DNA of 64,000 nucleotides from a virus (lineage: Duplodnaviria > Heunggongvirae > Uroviricota > Caudoviricetes): IMG/VR virus record IMGVR_UViG_3300008107_000002; one strand, given 5' to 3'. The position numbers and the translations under genes are program-made. Positions 8,790-17,362 of the stretch are shown here, piece by piece. The notes under the pieces are model-generated. The model had not been told where the DNA came from and made no database searches. It saw only the letters and a program-made list of their open reading frames with translations. Positions within the stretch are counted from its first letter, which is position 1, and each line of letters starts with the position of its first letter.

Positions 8790-9150
8790 ATCCAGATCGT
8801 TCAGTCACACTTTGCCCAGAGAGGGCAAAGTAAAACAACATTATCCGAGTCGAACATGTGTCACCTAGCGTTAGAGCATTACAGTGGCGGTTGGCCGGTA
8901 CCACGAGCTCAGTCTTATTCCAGCGGCGGTAAGCAAATATACGCTAACATACTTACTTACGTGGGGTGTCTCTATCCCCTCATTTTACCTATTCATCTAT
9001 CTTCAAACAACTAAATCGCAGGTTTTATTAGCAATCTTCATCCTTTCGGGTAGTAGTTGAGTACTCTTAACGGCGAGAGATTTCCATCCCTGTGATCCGA
9101 GATCCAGGTTTAGGGCACCAGAAATTAGCAGGTGCGAGCTTAATACCGTA
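8790..9150 (-). ncRNA. Candidate large structured ncRNA (about 360-450 nt), family unassigned
   Basis: Only long intergenic region; about 45% GC over 8821-9120 by my count; at least 8 stems including a 13-bp and a perfect 9-bp helix, a three-way junction and a candidate pseudoknot. Confidence 0.6.
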
Positions 9151-9159
9151 TAATGAGCC

Positions 9160-9588
9160 TTAAGATTTTTTAATTATATGTGAGCCATGTACACGAACAG
9201 ATATCTGTCCGTTATAATATTCATTTGATTCTAATACTTTGCGGTCGAATTGTTCACGGGCCTCAATGTAAGATGTTTCTGCTTTACTTTTACAGTAGTG
9301 TAATATTTCTCTTGTGAAGTTTTCTTTGCCGTATAACTCAACGTCTTTGTTAAGTTCTATATTTGAGCCATAATAATCTTGCCAGTCGCTTTCTATTTTG
9401 CTTCTGATCTTCTTTTTCTTCTTGGTGCCGTTCTTTAACTTTACAGTCTTGTAGGTCGTTTTACTAAACTTCGCTAATTTTTTGCCAACATAAAGCCTGC
9501 CAGAAGTATTACATGAGATAAGATATACAAATCCCACGCAATCTTCAGGTAATTCTGTAACTATAGAACCTTTATAGTACCAAGTCAT
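9160..9588 (-). CDS. Stand-alone GIY-YIG family endonuclease
   Basis: GFVYLI...LYVGKK (GIY/YIG), later YIEAREQF and YYNG; 142 aa, no C-terminal DNA-binding repeats. Confidence 0.8.
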   Translation of the reverse strand: MTWYYKGSIVTELPEDCVGFVYLISCNTSGRLYVGKKLAKFSKTTYKTVKLKNGTKKKKKIRSKIESDWQDYYGSNIELNKDVELYGKENFTREILHYCKSKAETSYIEAREQFDRKVLESNEYYNGQISVRVHGSHIIKKS

Positions 9589-9591
9589 TGG

Positions 9592-9789
9592 TTACTTTGC
9601 CGTCTTGGCTTCCTTGCGAGCATTTTTCTCAGCAGTAATTTCGTTGCGGCGTGCCTTAACTAATTTGCCAACTTCACCTAACGCCTTACGAGCACGAGTT
9701 CCTGCGGCGCTGTTACCTGCTGAAAACTTTGCATCTTCTGCTAGGAATGCTTCAAATTCTGCTTTAATCTGTTCAACTGTTGTTGTCAT
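9592..9789 (-). CDS. Histone H1-like protein (Hc1 family)
   Basis: GNSAAGTRARKAL motif typical of Hc1-like nucleoid proteins; basic tail. Confidence 0.8.
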   Translation of the reverse strand: MTTTVEQIKAEFEAFLAEDAKFSAGNSAAGTRARKALGEVGKLVKARRNEITAEKNARKEAKTAK

Positions 9790-10090
9790 TTTGTTTTTCC
9801 TTCTTTGGTTTTGGCCCTGGTTTTTTAGGGTTTAATTTTCTTTCTTCAGCTTTACGCTGTTTTTCTTGTTGTGTTTTAAGTCTAGTTAACACGCGATGTT
9901 CTTTAGAAACTAACTTCGAGGATCTCCATAACTTTTTTTCTATTACTCGTATAGAACGATACACTTTACGAACTTTAAATCCATCTCGTTCAGTCGGTGC
10001 AACATTAAACGATACACTCAAATTATGTAACTCAACTAATAAGCTCACAAATTGATTGTAGAGTTCTCTATACTTCTCTAACTCTGACAT
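9773..10090 (-). CDS. Basic hypothetical protein, possible distant Hc1 paralogue
   Basis: Two-helix pattern (PTERDGFKVRKVYRSI) and a Lys/Pro tail KKPGPKPKK. Confidence 0.55.
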   Translation of the reverse strand: MSELEKYRELYNQFVSLLVELHNLSVSFNVAPTERDGFKVRKVYRSIRVIEKKLWRSSKLVSKEHRVLTRLKTQQEKQRKAEERKLNPKKPGPKPKKEKQNDNNS

Positions 10091-10096
10091 TTATCC

Positions 10097-11878
10097 TTAC
10101 GCCTCGATGTAGTCCACATCATTTGAGTAACTAGTAAACCCATTTTCTTTTGTTACCCTTAATACATTATTAACTCGTCCAATTAATTCATCTTTGTGAG
10201 AAATAAGATATATATTTTTATTTCTTTCTCTGCCCATTTTTTTCAATACGGCTAACCCAGCTTCTACCCCTGCGGCATCCATACCTGCATCGATAAGCTC
10301 GTCTATGAACAATAAATTAATATGTTGATATAAGTTTTCCCAAACATCTCTAAACGCAAAACTTAAACTTAAAATAAGTCTATTTCGTTCACCGCGTGAC
10401 AAATTATCAAAATCTAAATCTTGTCCTAGTTGGGTAATTTCAACGTTAAGGTCATTAAGGAATTTTACCTGATGTGGTAATCCTAGTTTATCAATATAAT
10501 ATCCTAATCGTTTATTAAGATATGAAAGATTTTGATCGATAATTTTTTTACGAACAAATGAATCTTTGTTAGTTAATAGTTTAAGAAGAAACTCTTGATG
10601 GTCTTTAAGTTTTACAAGAGTGTTAACCTGAGTCCAGTCAATTGCTTGAATAGCACTATTTCTTAATTCTTCAATTTGTTCATCATACGGATTAATTTCA
10701 GAAATCTTTTCTTCAAGCGTATTTTCTAAATTTGCAAGATTATTTTGATGTCCTAATGCTTCTGCCTCTGTTTCATAATAAGGTTCCGGTCTAGTTGGCA
10801 AGTCCCCGGTTCCTATCTCTTCTATGATTTTTTTGCAGTCTCCTGCAACCTTGTCAAAATATTTTTGTGCATCTGTTAGATTAGCAGTTGCAACAGCAGT
10901 CATTTCTTCATGTTTATGATCGTGCAATTCTTGCTCGCAAGCGTGACATTTTTTGTCTGAAAGACTTTCTAATTCTTTTTCGTATTTTTTAAGAGACTTT
11001 TCTGCCTGTATTAATGCACTTTCAAGAGTTGATTTCTGTTTATTAAGTTCTCGAACTTTATTAGAATGCTCTAACCATGCTTTCAAATCAATATGTAATT
11101 GTAATTCAGTTGCAATATCAACATTCTGTAATGCTAAAATTGCATTAAGCATTTTAGTAATATCTGCTTCTTTCTTATTATTCCATGCAGAACTTTTAAT
11201 TTCTAAACTGTTGATGCTCTTTTGAATATTTTCATTGGCTGTTTTAATACTTTCAATTTTAAATGTTTCTACTTGTATGTTATCTTTAGTTTCTTTAACT
11301 TCGACTTTTAATTTTTCAGCTTTTTCACTTAAGATAGTAATGCCTAATAATTGTTCGATTACTTCTCTTTGATCAGCGGCTCGCATACTTAAAAATGGTT
11401 CAGTATAAGTATTCAACGCAACAAGATGTTTGAACATAGTATGAGACATCTCAAGCATTGTTTCAATTACCTTTTGCGTTTCTCGACTATCTCCTTGACT
11501 CTCGTCATCGTCGTTTGCAGATTTTTGTTCAGTGTCATTGACAAATAGCCGCATTACATTGGGTTTTCGTCCCCGCTCAATTCTATAAAGACTTCCGTTA
11601 TTCTCAAACTCAACTGTGACTAACATGTGCTTCCCGTTAGTTTTATTAATTAAGTTTTCTTTTTTAATGTTAGTTAACGCCTGTCCATATAGTGCATAAG
11701 ACAGAGCATTTACAATAGTAGTTTTGCCAGTACCGTTACGACTTCCGCTGTCATCTCCGCCTAGATCTAGGTTTTCACCTAGTACAAGGGTAAGTTGTTC
11801 TTTATCAAAGTCTACGGCTTGAGTTTGATTTCCGACAGATAAAAAGTTTTTTACCGTAATATTTTTTACTTTAAACAT
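10097..11878 (-). CDS. gp46: Recombination ATPase, SbcC/Rad50-like (T4 gp46)
   Basis: Walker A NGTGKTT, coiled coil with CHAC hook, signature LSRGE, Walker B LFIDE, ISHK. Confidence 0.95.
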   Translation of the reverse strand: MFKVKNITVKNFLSVGNQTQAVDFDKEQLTLVLGENLDLGGDDSGSRNGTGKTTIVNALSYALYGQALTNIKKENLINKTNGKHMLVTVEFENNGSLYRIERGRKPNVMRLFVNDTEQKSANDDDESQGDSRETQKVIETMLEMSHTMFKHLVALNTYTEPFLSMRAADQREVIEQLLGITILSEKAEKLKVEVKETKDNIQVETFKIESIKTANENIQKSINSLEIKSSAWNNKKEADITKMLNAILALQNVDIATELQLHIDLKAWLEHSNKVRELNKQKSTLESALIQAEKSLKKYEKELESLSDKKCHACEQELHDHKHEEMTAVATANLTDAQKYFDKVAGDCKKIIEEIGTGDLPTRPEPYYETEAEALGHQNNLANLENTLEEKISEINPYDEQIEELRNSAIQAIDWTQVNTLVKLKDHQEFLLKLLTNKDSFVRKKIIDQNLSYLNKRLGYYIDKLGLPHQVKFLNDLNVEITQLGQDLDFDNLSRGERNRLILSLSFAFRDVWENLYQHINLLFIDELIDAGMDAAGVEAGLAVLKKMGRERNKNIYLISHKDELIGRVNNVLRVTKENGFTSYSNDVDYIEA

Positions 11879-12891
11879 TATAGATTGTTATAAATTTCTA
11901 ATAAGGTGGTTGCATTAATACTATCAGATTCGATATTAAGTATTTGCTCTGTAACAATTTGATCAACACTTTCAAAAGTACTATCAGGATTGTCGTCTGT
12001 AGTCAATTCAATATTGTTTTTTTCTTGTATTAAACTTATATCTCGAATATCATGTTCCTGCATATAAGTTTCTTTAACAAAGTTTGCTTCTTCGTAGGTA
12101 ATGTCAATATCAAGATGCACTTTAAGATACATCTTACTTTTCATAATTTGATCTTTCCCGTCAATCAATTTACTTAAAGTTATTGTTCTATATTTTGGAG
12201 CGTCCGGCCATGATTTGTATTCAGGCTTGCCGCCCCACTCTAATATCATCATGCCGCGATCGTCATCCCACGTGTCTGCATAGTTGTGTGGAAACGCATT
12301 TCCTATATATACAATATTTCCATTATGTTGACGCTTGTGGAAATGTCCGCTGAATACATACTCTGGTTTTGTAAGATCTGCTCGTTGTAGCTCGCCGTGA
12401 TCCGGCATTTGTACCATGGCGTTCATGTAGAAACTAGGAAGTTCAAAGTGACCGAACACATATTTGCTTTGGATCTCTTTCATGGTTTTCCACTCATCAC
12501 CTACTAACCACGGAACTAGGGTGACACCATCAAGAGTTGTAATACCGTCTACGACGGTAACTCCTGGAATGTGCCGACCAAAGGCACTAGAATGAATGTC
12601 ACGCTTGTCTTTATAAAATAGATCGTGATTGCCCGGAAACCAAAAGAACTGCTCAAAAGCCGCTCCTAGTTTTTCTAAACATCGTAGACTGGTATCTAAC
12701 GTAATTAGGTTAATCGAATTACGATTGTGATGCCAATCTCCTAAAAAGATACAGGTATCACACCCTTCTTTTTTAGCTTCTAAAATAAACCAGTCAACAA
12801 ATTCTTCACAATCTTGATTGTGAGTAACGCTATTTGATTTTAATCCAAAATGTATATCTGTAAAACAAGCAACTTTTTTAAACAAAGGCAT
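11878..12891 (-). CDS. gp47: Recombination nuclease, SbcD/Mre11-like (T4 gp47)
   Basis: Phosphoesterase motifs FTDIHFG, LGDWHH, PGNHD and SGHFH. Confidence 0.95.
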   Translation of the reverse strand: MPLFKKVACFTDIHFGLKSNSVTHNQDCEEFVDWFILEAKKEGCDTCIFLGDWHHNRNSINLITLDTSLRCLEKLGAAFEQFFWFPGNHDLFYKDKRDIHSSAFGRHIPGVTVVDGITTLDGVTLVPWLVGDEWKTMKEIQSKYVFGHFELPSFYMNAMVQMPDHGELQRADLTKPEYVFSGHFHKRQHNGNIVYIGNAFPHNYADTWDDDRGMMILEWGGKPEYKSWPDAPKYRTITLSKLIDGKDQIMKSKMYLKVHLDIDITYEEANFVKETYMQEHDIRDISLIQEKNNIELTTDDNPDSTFESVDQIVTEQILNIESDSINATTLLEIYNNL

Positions 12892-12913
12892 CGATTATTA
12901 TTCTCCTACGTAT

Positions 12914-12943
12914 AATATAACAAACTGTAGGAGTAAAAGTCAA
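12914..12943 (-). promoter_or_regulatory. Sigma70-type promoter for gp47/46 (TTGACT-18-TGnTATATT)
   Basis: -35 at 12938-12943, extended -10 at 12914-12919. Confidence 0.6.
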
Positions 12944-13851
12944 GCTTCTTCCTCTTCATCTTCTATACTAGTTTCTTCAGATTTAGGTAATCGAACGTTC
13001 TTATACAGCTCGGCCTGCCTTGCAGTTTCTTCAGCAAATTCTGCTTGGGTTTGTCTAGTCAAACTAGGAGTTAATCCAGCAATTTCTAATAAGTCATCAC
13101 GAATATTTTGGTTCTTTTTTTCCAAATTTAACACACGAGTGAAGCTATTTGTGACTGCCGCAGTATAGTAGGCAAAGGGATTTTCTGACTTGGATTCGTC
13201 AAATTGAAGCCCAATTTGACTTAACTGTAATACGGCCTGCCCCCGCATTTCTTCGACATAGGTATAGCCGCGCCAGTTACTACGTTGTGCATATCTTTCA
13301 CTTAATTTAATATACATTTTACCTAAATTTTCAGTAATTCTTCCATGATCCTTACTAAAATGTCCCTTTTCAACAGTTCCTTTCCAGTGACTTTTACCTA
13401 TACATATTAAATTGTCGGTCTCGTCAAATTTAAAATGTTGGAAAGGAGGAAAATTTACTCTATCATGCCCGTCGGCTGTGCTTTTAACAGTTTTCTTTCG
13501 TCCTGGAGCAAGCGGAATATGATCAAATGTCATTATTCGAATTACAATATCTGTTTTAGCTATAGTTTTGTAATCCGGAGTCACTTCGAGTAATTTAATT
13601 TTTTTATCACCCGATAATCTGGCTGCAACAAATGCTTCTAATCCTAGTCGTTTTGCCTTGTTTCTTTTTGCTTCTGCTATTGTTCTTATATTAATTTTAT
13701 CTATACTTGGCAAAATAATATCATGTTGACTATATTCTGGCTTGGTAAAACTACTAAATGAACATTTGCTTTTATGTATTTCTGCTAATAAATCTCTGTT
13801 ATTGAGATATTTTACTTTACGCCCCGTAGTCAGGGATGTTGTTATGGTCAT
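12940..13851 (-). CDS. gp55: Late-transcription sigma factor (T4 gp55 family)
   Basis: KYLNNRDLL, NWRGYTYVEEM and FDESKSENPFAYYT motifs. Confidence 0.85.
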   Translation of the reverse strand: MTITTSLTTGRKVKYLNNRDLLAEIHKSKCSFSSFTKPEYSQHDIILPSIDKINIRTIAEAKRNKAKRLGLEAFVAARLSGDKKIKLLEVTPDYKTIAKTDIVIRIMTFDHIPLAPGRKKTVKSTADGHDRVNFPPFQHFKFDETDNLICIGKSHWKGTVEKGHFSKDHGRITENLGKMYIKLSERYAQRSNWRGYTYVEEMRGQAVLQLSQIGLQFDESKSENPFAYYTAAVTNSFTRVLNLEKKNQNIRDDLLEIAGLTPSLTRQTQAEFAEETARQAELYKNVRLPKSEETSIEDEEEEA

Positions 13852-13874
13852 CTTGATGCGACCTCCTTTTAGCT

Positions 13875-13903
13875 AGTGTAGTGGAACGGAAAAAGTTTGT
13901 CAA
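13875..13903 (-). promoter_or_regulatory. Sigma70-type promoter for gp55 (TTGACA-17-TACACT)
   Basis: Near-consensus boxes followed by an AAGGAGG SD. Confidence 0.8.
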
Positions 13904-13926
13904 CCGAAATAGTTAACTATAGCTAT

Positions 13927-13943
13927 TATTTATTGGGTAAATA
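13927..13943. promoter_or_regulatory. Back-to-back late promoters (TAAATA on - at 13927-13932; on + at 13938-13943)
   Basis: The plus box precedes the baseplate operon; the minus box points at gp55. Confidence 0.65.
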
Positions 13944-13964
13944 TAATACTAGGAGCGTTTAAGA

Positions 13965-14813
13965 ATGCTAAATGACGAATTTGACAAAACAAAACCAAAA
14001 AACTTTCTCGAAGCAGTAGGTAAAGATCTTTTACAAAAAACCCAACTAGGCAGATTAGCAAAGGCTGTTGGCACCCTTTCTGACAAAATAGGCCTTACAA
14101 GGTTAGGAAAACTTGAAAAGGGAGGAAAGCAACCGCTACCTAGTTTTGATGTGCTATATCAAGAAGAAAAAGATTTTAGGACACGATTAGTAGTTCCGGT
14201 GAACTATATGTTCAGTCAAGATTTTCAATGGCCGGCAGGCTCGCCCTATCCGTTTAAAAAAGGTATTACTTTTCCTTTTACTCCAGTAATTACACAGGAA
14301 TGGAGTGCAAACTACTCAACATTAAATCCTACTCATTCTAACTATTCTTTGCATTTTTATAAACACAGCTCTGTAGGCCCAATAAGTGTGAGTGGAAAAT
14401 TTGCAGTTCAAAATAAACTGGATGCAGTTACGTGGTTACAAACTGTACACTCTCTCCGTGCTCTTACCAAAATGCATTTTGGTAAAGATACTAATAAAGG
14501 CCTTCCACCGCCAGTATGTAGATTTTTTGCTTACGGAGAACTGCAATATAACAATGTCCCAGTTGTAGTCCAATCTGTAAGAGTTGACCTACCTGATGGC
14601 GTAGATTATTATGCCGCAGACATAAATCAAGATAGATTAGATAAAGATAAACCTGTCTCCGGAACAATGGTGCCAACGTTGTCTACTATAACTATTAATC
14701 TATTACCTATGTATAGTAGAGCAGAATTGCTTAATCTAGCGCACGTTGATGATTATATGGCAGGATTAGATTCAACTAAATCAAAGTCAAGTAAAACTCA
14801 AGGATTCCTATAA
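13965..14813 (+). CDS. Baseplate / tail-tube initiator protein (gp48/gp54-like)
   Basis: FPFTPVI, GLPPPVCRFFAYG and NVPVVVQS motifs; first gene of the baseplate operon. Confidence 0.6.
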   Translation: MLNDEFDKTKPKNFLEAVGKDLLQKTQLGRLAKAVGTLSDKIGLTRLGKLEKGGKQPLPSFDVLYQEEKDFRTRLVVPVNYMFSQDFQWPAGSPYPFKKGITFPFTPVITQEWSANYSTLNPTHSNYSLHFYKHSSVGPISVSGKFAVQNKLDAVTWLQTVHSLRALTKMHFGKDTNKGLPPPVCRFFAYGELQYNNVPVVVQSVRVDLPDGVDYYAADINQDRLDKDKPVSGTMVPTLSTITINLLPMYSRAELLNLAHVDDYMAGLDSTKSKSSKTQGFL

Positions 14814-15109
14814 TGTCTTTTAAAAATACTAGCCCTTACTATCAAACTCCATTTAACGGGTCGTACCTTGATATTATGACTATGAGAAACATACCTGCTC
14901 TTTCAGAAGATGTTGAATATGAAATTCTTCCTCAATATGAATATAGGCCTGATTTATTGGCATTTGACTTATATGACGATGTTAATTTATGGTGGGTGTT
15001 TGCTGTAAGAAATAAAGATGTTATTAAAGATCCAGTATTTGACATGTTCGCAGGTCAAAAAATAAGAATACCTCTTATGGAAACACTTCAACGTTCGTTA
15101 GGTTTATAA
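14813..15109 (+). CDS. gp53: Baseplate wedge subunit, LysM-like (T4 gp53)
   Basis: YEYRPDLLAFDLY...LWWVFAVRN motif. Confidence 0.8.
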   Translation: MSFKNTSPYYQTPFNGSYLDIMTMRNIPALSEDVEYEILPQYEYRPDLLAFDLYDDVNLWWVFAVRNKDVIKDPVFDMFAGQKIRIPLMETLQRSLGL

Positions 15110-15110
15110 A

Positions 15111-17360
15111 ATGGGCACAGTTACTCGAAAAACTGCATCCGTAGACGTAGCTACAGGTAATACTGACGGACAAAAATCCAATACTCAAAGTTCTAGCTCA
15201 AATAACGGAACAACAAGCGGCGATGTTAATAGAAAAACTGAAAACAGCGCAGAAAGAATAGGAACTCAAAACAATTCTGCAGTTAAACAGACTGACGTTG
15301 GAATTCCGCCGTATGCCTGGAATGGAGACAGAAATCCATTACACGAGTTTAGGACTTTTAACTATTTGTTTACCTTGGCAGCAGTACAAGAAGGCGCACT
15401 AAAAAATCCCAAATCTATAAGACAATCAACTGAAAAGTTTGTTGTTGCTAAATCTGCAGGTAAAGGCTCAAACAAACCTGACACCAATCCCTTTGCTATA
15501 ACTACGGAGTTAACAAAGGCTTCTGAATTAGTTAAAGATTTTAATAAATTAAGTCCCGGTAGATTTGACCTGTACTTAAACAATGTTGAAATTGAAACGT
15601 TAATGGCCTTTAGTAAAACAACCAATCTTGCAATGGCTACTAAAATTAGTTTTGAAGTTCACGAGCCCTTAAGCGTCTCTGGATTTTTAGAAGCAATACA
15701 GGTAGCCGCCATTGCAGCTGGTCATAAATCTTATATGGGAGCACCATTTGTTCTTAAAGTTGAATTTCTTGGATATTCTGACAAAGAACCCGGCCCGTCT
15801 ACTAGACCCATGACGGTAGATAAAGGAAATAGATATTTTGTTCTTAATCTTACAAAAATAGATATTGATGTTACAGAAGCAGGAACAAAATATAGAGTCC
15901 AAGCTATAGCTCACAACGAAACAGGTTATGGAGATAGTAACGATCTAAAGACACCTATACAAATAAGTGGTACTACTGTAGGAACTATTCTACAAAATTT
16001 AATGAGTTCTTTAGAACAATCAGAACTAGAAGCACTAAAAAAAGAAACTGGTCAATCGACTAACGATTACGATAGATATGAAATTGTGTTTCCTAGTCTA
16101 GTAGGAGATAAACTAGTATATGATCAAGTTAATACAGCTTTACGAGATTCACCTGTTACTGAATTATTAAATTCTGGAGGTTTATATTCAATGCCCCCTC
16201 CTGGGCCAATATTATCTGAAATGTATTCTTCGGGTAATGTTCCAAAATTTACTTTTAATCCAGCACTCAACGCAAACAAACAACCAAAATTTGAAATATC
16301 TAAAACAATGATGCAGTTTACAAAAGGAGCAAAGGTACATGATATTATTGCTTCTATTGTCCGAGATAGTGCCTGGGGCAAAAGAATATTTTCCGAACCT
16401 CCAGAGAAAGTTATTAAAAACGGAATGGTTGAGTTTGTTCATGTAGCTATTGAAGTTGAATATGTCGACGGTCAATGGAATCCGCATACAAGGCGTCCAG
16501 TGTGCCGTTATAGATATCTAGTAATACCTTATAAAATGCATTTTACAAGAATACCATTATTTCAAAAATTTATTCCAAAAGCAGAAATGCAAAATTTTGT
16601 AGACAAATATGTTAAAAGAAAATACAGTTATTTGTATACAGGAGAGAATGTTGATATTATTAAATTTAATATTACTTTAAATCATCTTTTCTACCAATCA
16701 TACGCACAAAATTTAGGTAATAAAACTATACCTATATACACTGATTCAAATAAAAAACAAAATTCAGTAAACAAGGGTCTTAACTCTACAGATCCCGATG
16801 TAGCACTGAACACGTTTATTCCAGAAGCTCCAAGACGAGCTGATTCTAAATTAAGTAACATTGTTAAACACGGTTCAAATGCTGGCCAAAGAGATTATTA
16901 TTCTTACGATGTATTGGTGTCGGCCATGCATCAGGCTATTCTTGACAATACTGATATGATAAAGTGTGAAGTAGAAATAATAGGAGATCCTTATTATCTA
17001 GTAACCGGAGGAATTGGAAATTACAGACCCGTATTACTTGACGGCGGAATAACAACCGATGGTGAAGCTCCTTATCAAACTCATGATGTTGTTGTAGTTT
17101 TAGAATTTAAAAACCCGTCAGATATTAATCAATCCACAGGCAAAGCTACAAAATTTGATAAAGGTGCGGTTTCGTTTAGTGGTTGTTTTAGGGTAATTAA
17201 AGTACAGAACAAATTTGTAGACGGAATGTTTACTCAAAGATTGCATCTTGTAAGAATTCCGGGACAACCGTACGATAGTGCTAAACCTCCAGTAGCAGGA
17301 AGTTCAGCATCGACAGTTGGCCTAGTTGACGTTGACGCTCCTTCCCCACCAACAGAATAA
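15111..17360 (+). CDS. Baseplate hub protein (gp27-like)
   Basis: Lies between gp53 and gp5; C-terminal IIGDPYY...FSGCFRVIKVQNKFVDGMFTQRL hub motif. Confidence 0.6.
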   Translation: MGTVTRKTASVDVATGNTDGQKSNTQSSSSNNGTTSGDVNRKTENSAERIGTQNNSAVKQTDVGIPPYAWNGDRNPLHEFRTFNYLFTLAAVQEGALKNPKSIRQSTEKFVVAKSAGKGSNKPDTNPFAITTELTKASELVKDFNKLSPGRFDLYLNNVEIETLMAFSKTTNLAMATKISFEVHEPLSVSGFLEAIQVAAIAAGHKSYMGAPFVLKVEFLGYSDKEPGPSTRPMTVDKGNRYFVLNLTKIDIDVTEAGTKYRVQAIAHNETGYGDSNDLKTPIQISGTTVGTILQNLMSSLEQSELEALKKETGQSTNDYDRYEIVFPSLVGDKLVYDQVNTALRDSPVTELLNSGGLYSMPPPGPILSEMYSSGNVPKFTFNPALNANKQPKFEISKTMMQFTKGAKVHDIIASIVRDSAWGKRIFSEPPEKVIKNGMVEFVHVAIEVEYVDGQWNPHTRRPVCRYRYLVIPYKMHFTRIPLFQKFIPKAEMQNFVDKYVKRKYSYLYTGENVDIIKFNITLNHLFYQSYAQNLGNKTIPIYTDSNKKQNSVNKGLNSTDPDVALNTFIPEAPRRADSKLSNIVKHGSNAGQRDYYSYDVLVSAMHQAILDNTDMIKCEVEIIGDPYYLVTGGIGNYRPVLLDGGITTDGEAPYQTHDVVVVLEFKNPSDINQSTGKATKFDKGAVSFSGCFRVIKVQNKFVDGMFTQRLHLVRIPGQPYDSAKPPVAGSSASTVGLVDVDAPSPPTE

Positions 17361-17362
17361 TT

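Noticed and set aside
8847-8855. tRNA/tmRNA T-loop motif GTTCGACTC
   Set aside because: No 5-bp T stem, acceptor stem or CCA end; kept only as a possible tertiary motif of the larger RNA.
8727-9014. 95-aa plus-strand ORF across the non-coding region
   Set aside because: TTG start with no SD or promoter, antisense to its context, no recognisable motifs; the region is better explained by base-pairing.
9008-9059. Hammerhead-like three-way junction
   Set aside because: Lacks the CUGAUGA core and a correctly placed GAAA/UH.
9008-9060. Group I intron-like fragments (UCAACUACUA; GGAUGAAGAU after a GAAA hairpin)
   Set aside because: The P7 partner (UAGUC-like) is missing, and no interrupted gene or exon junction flanks the element.
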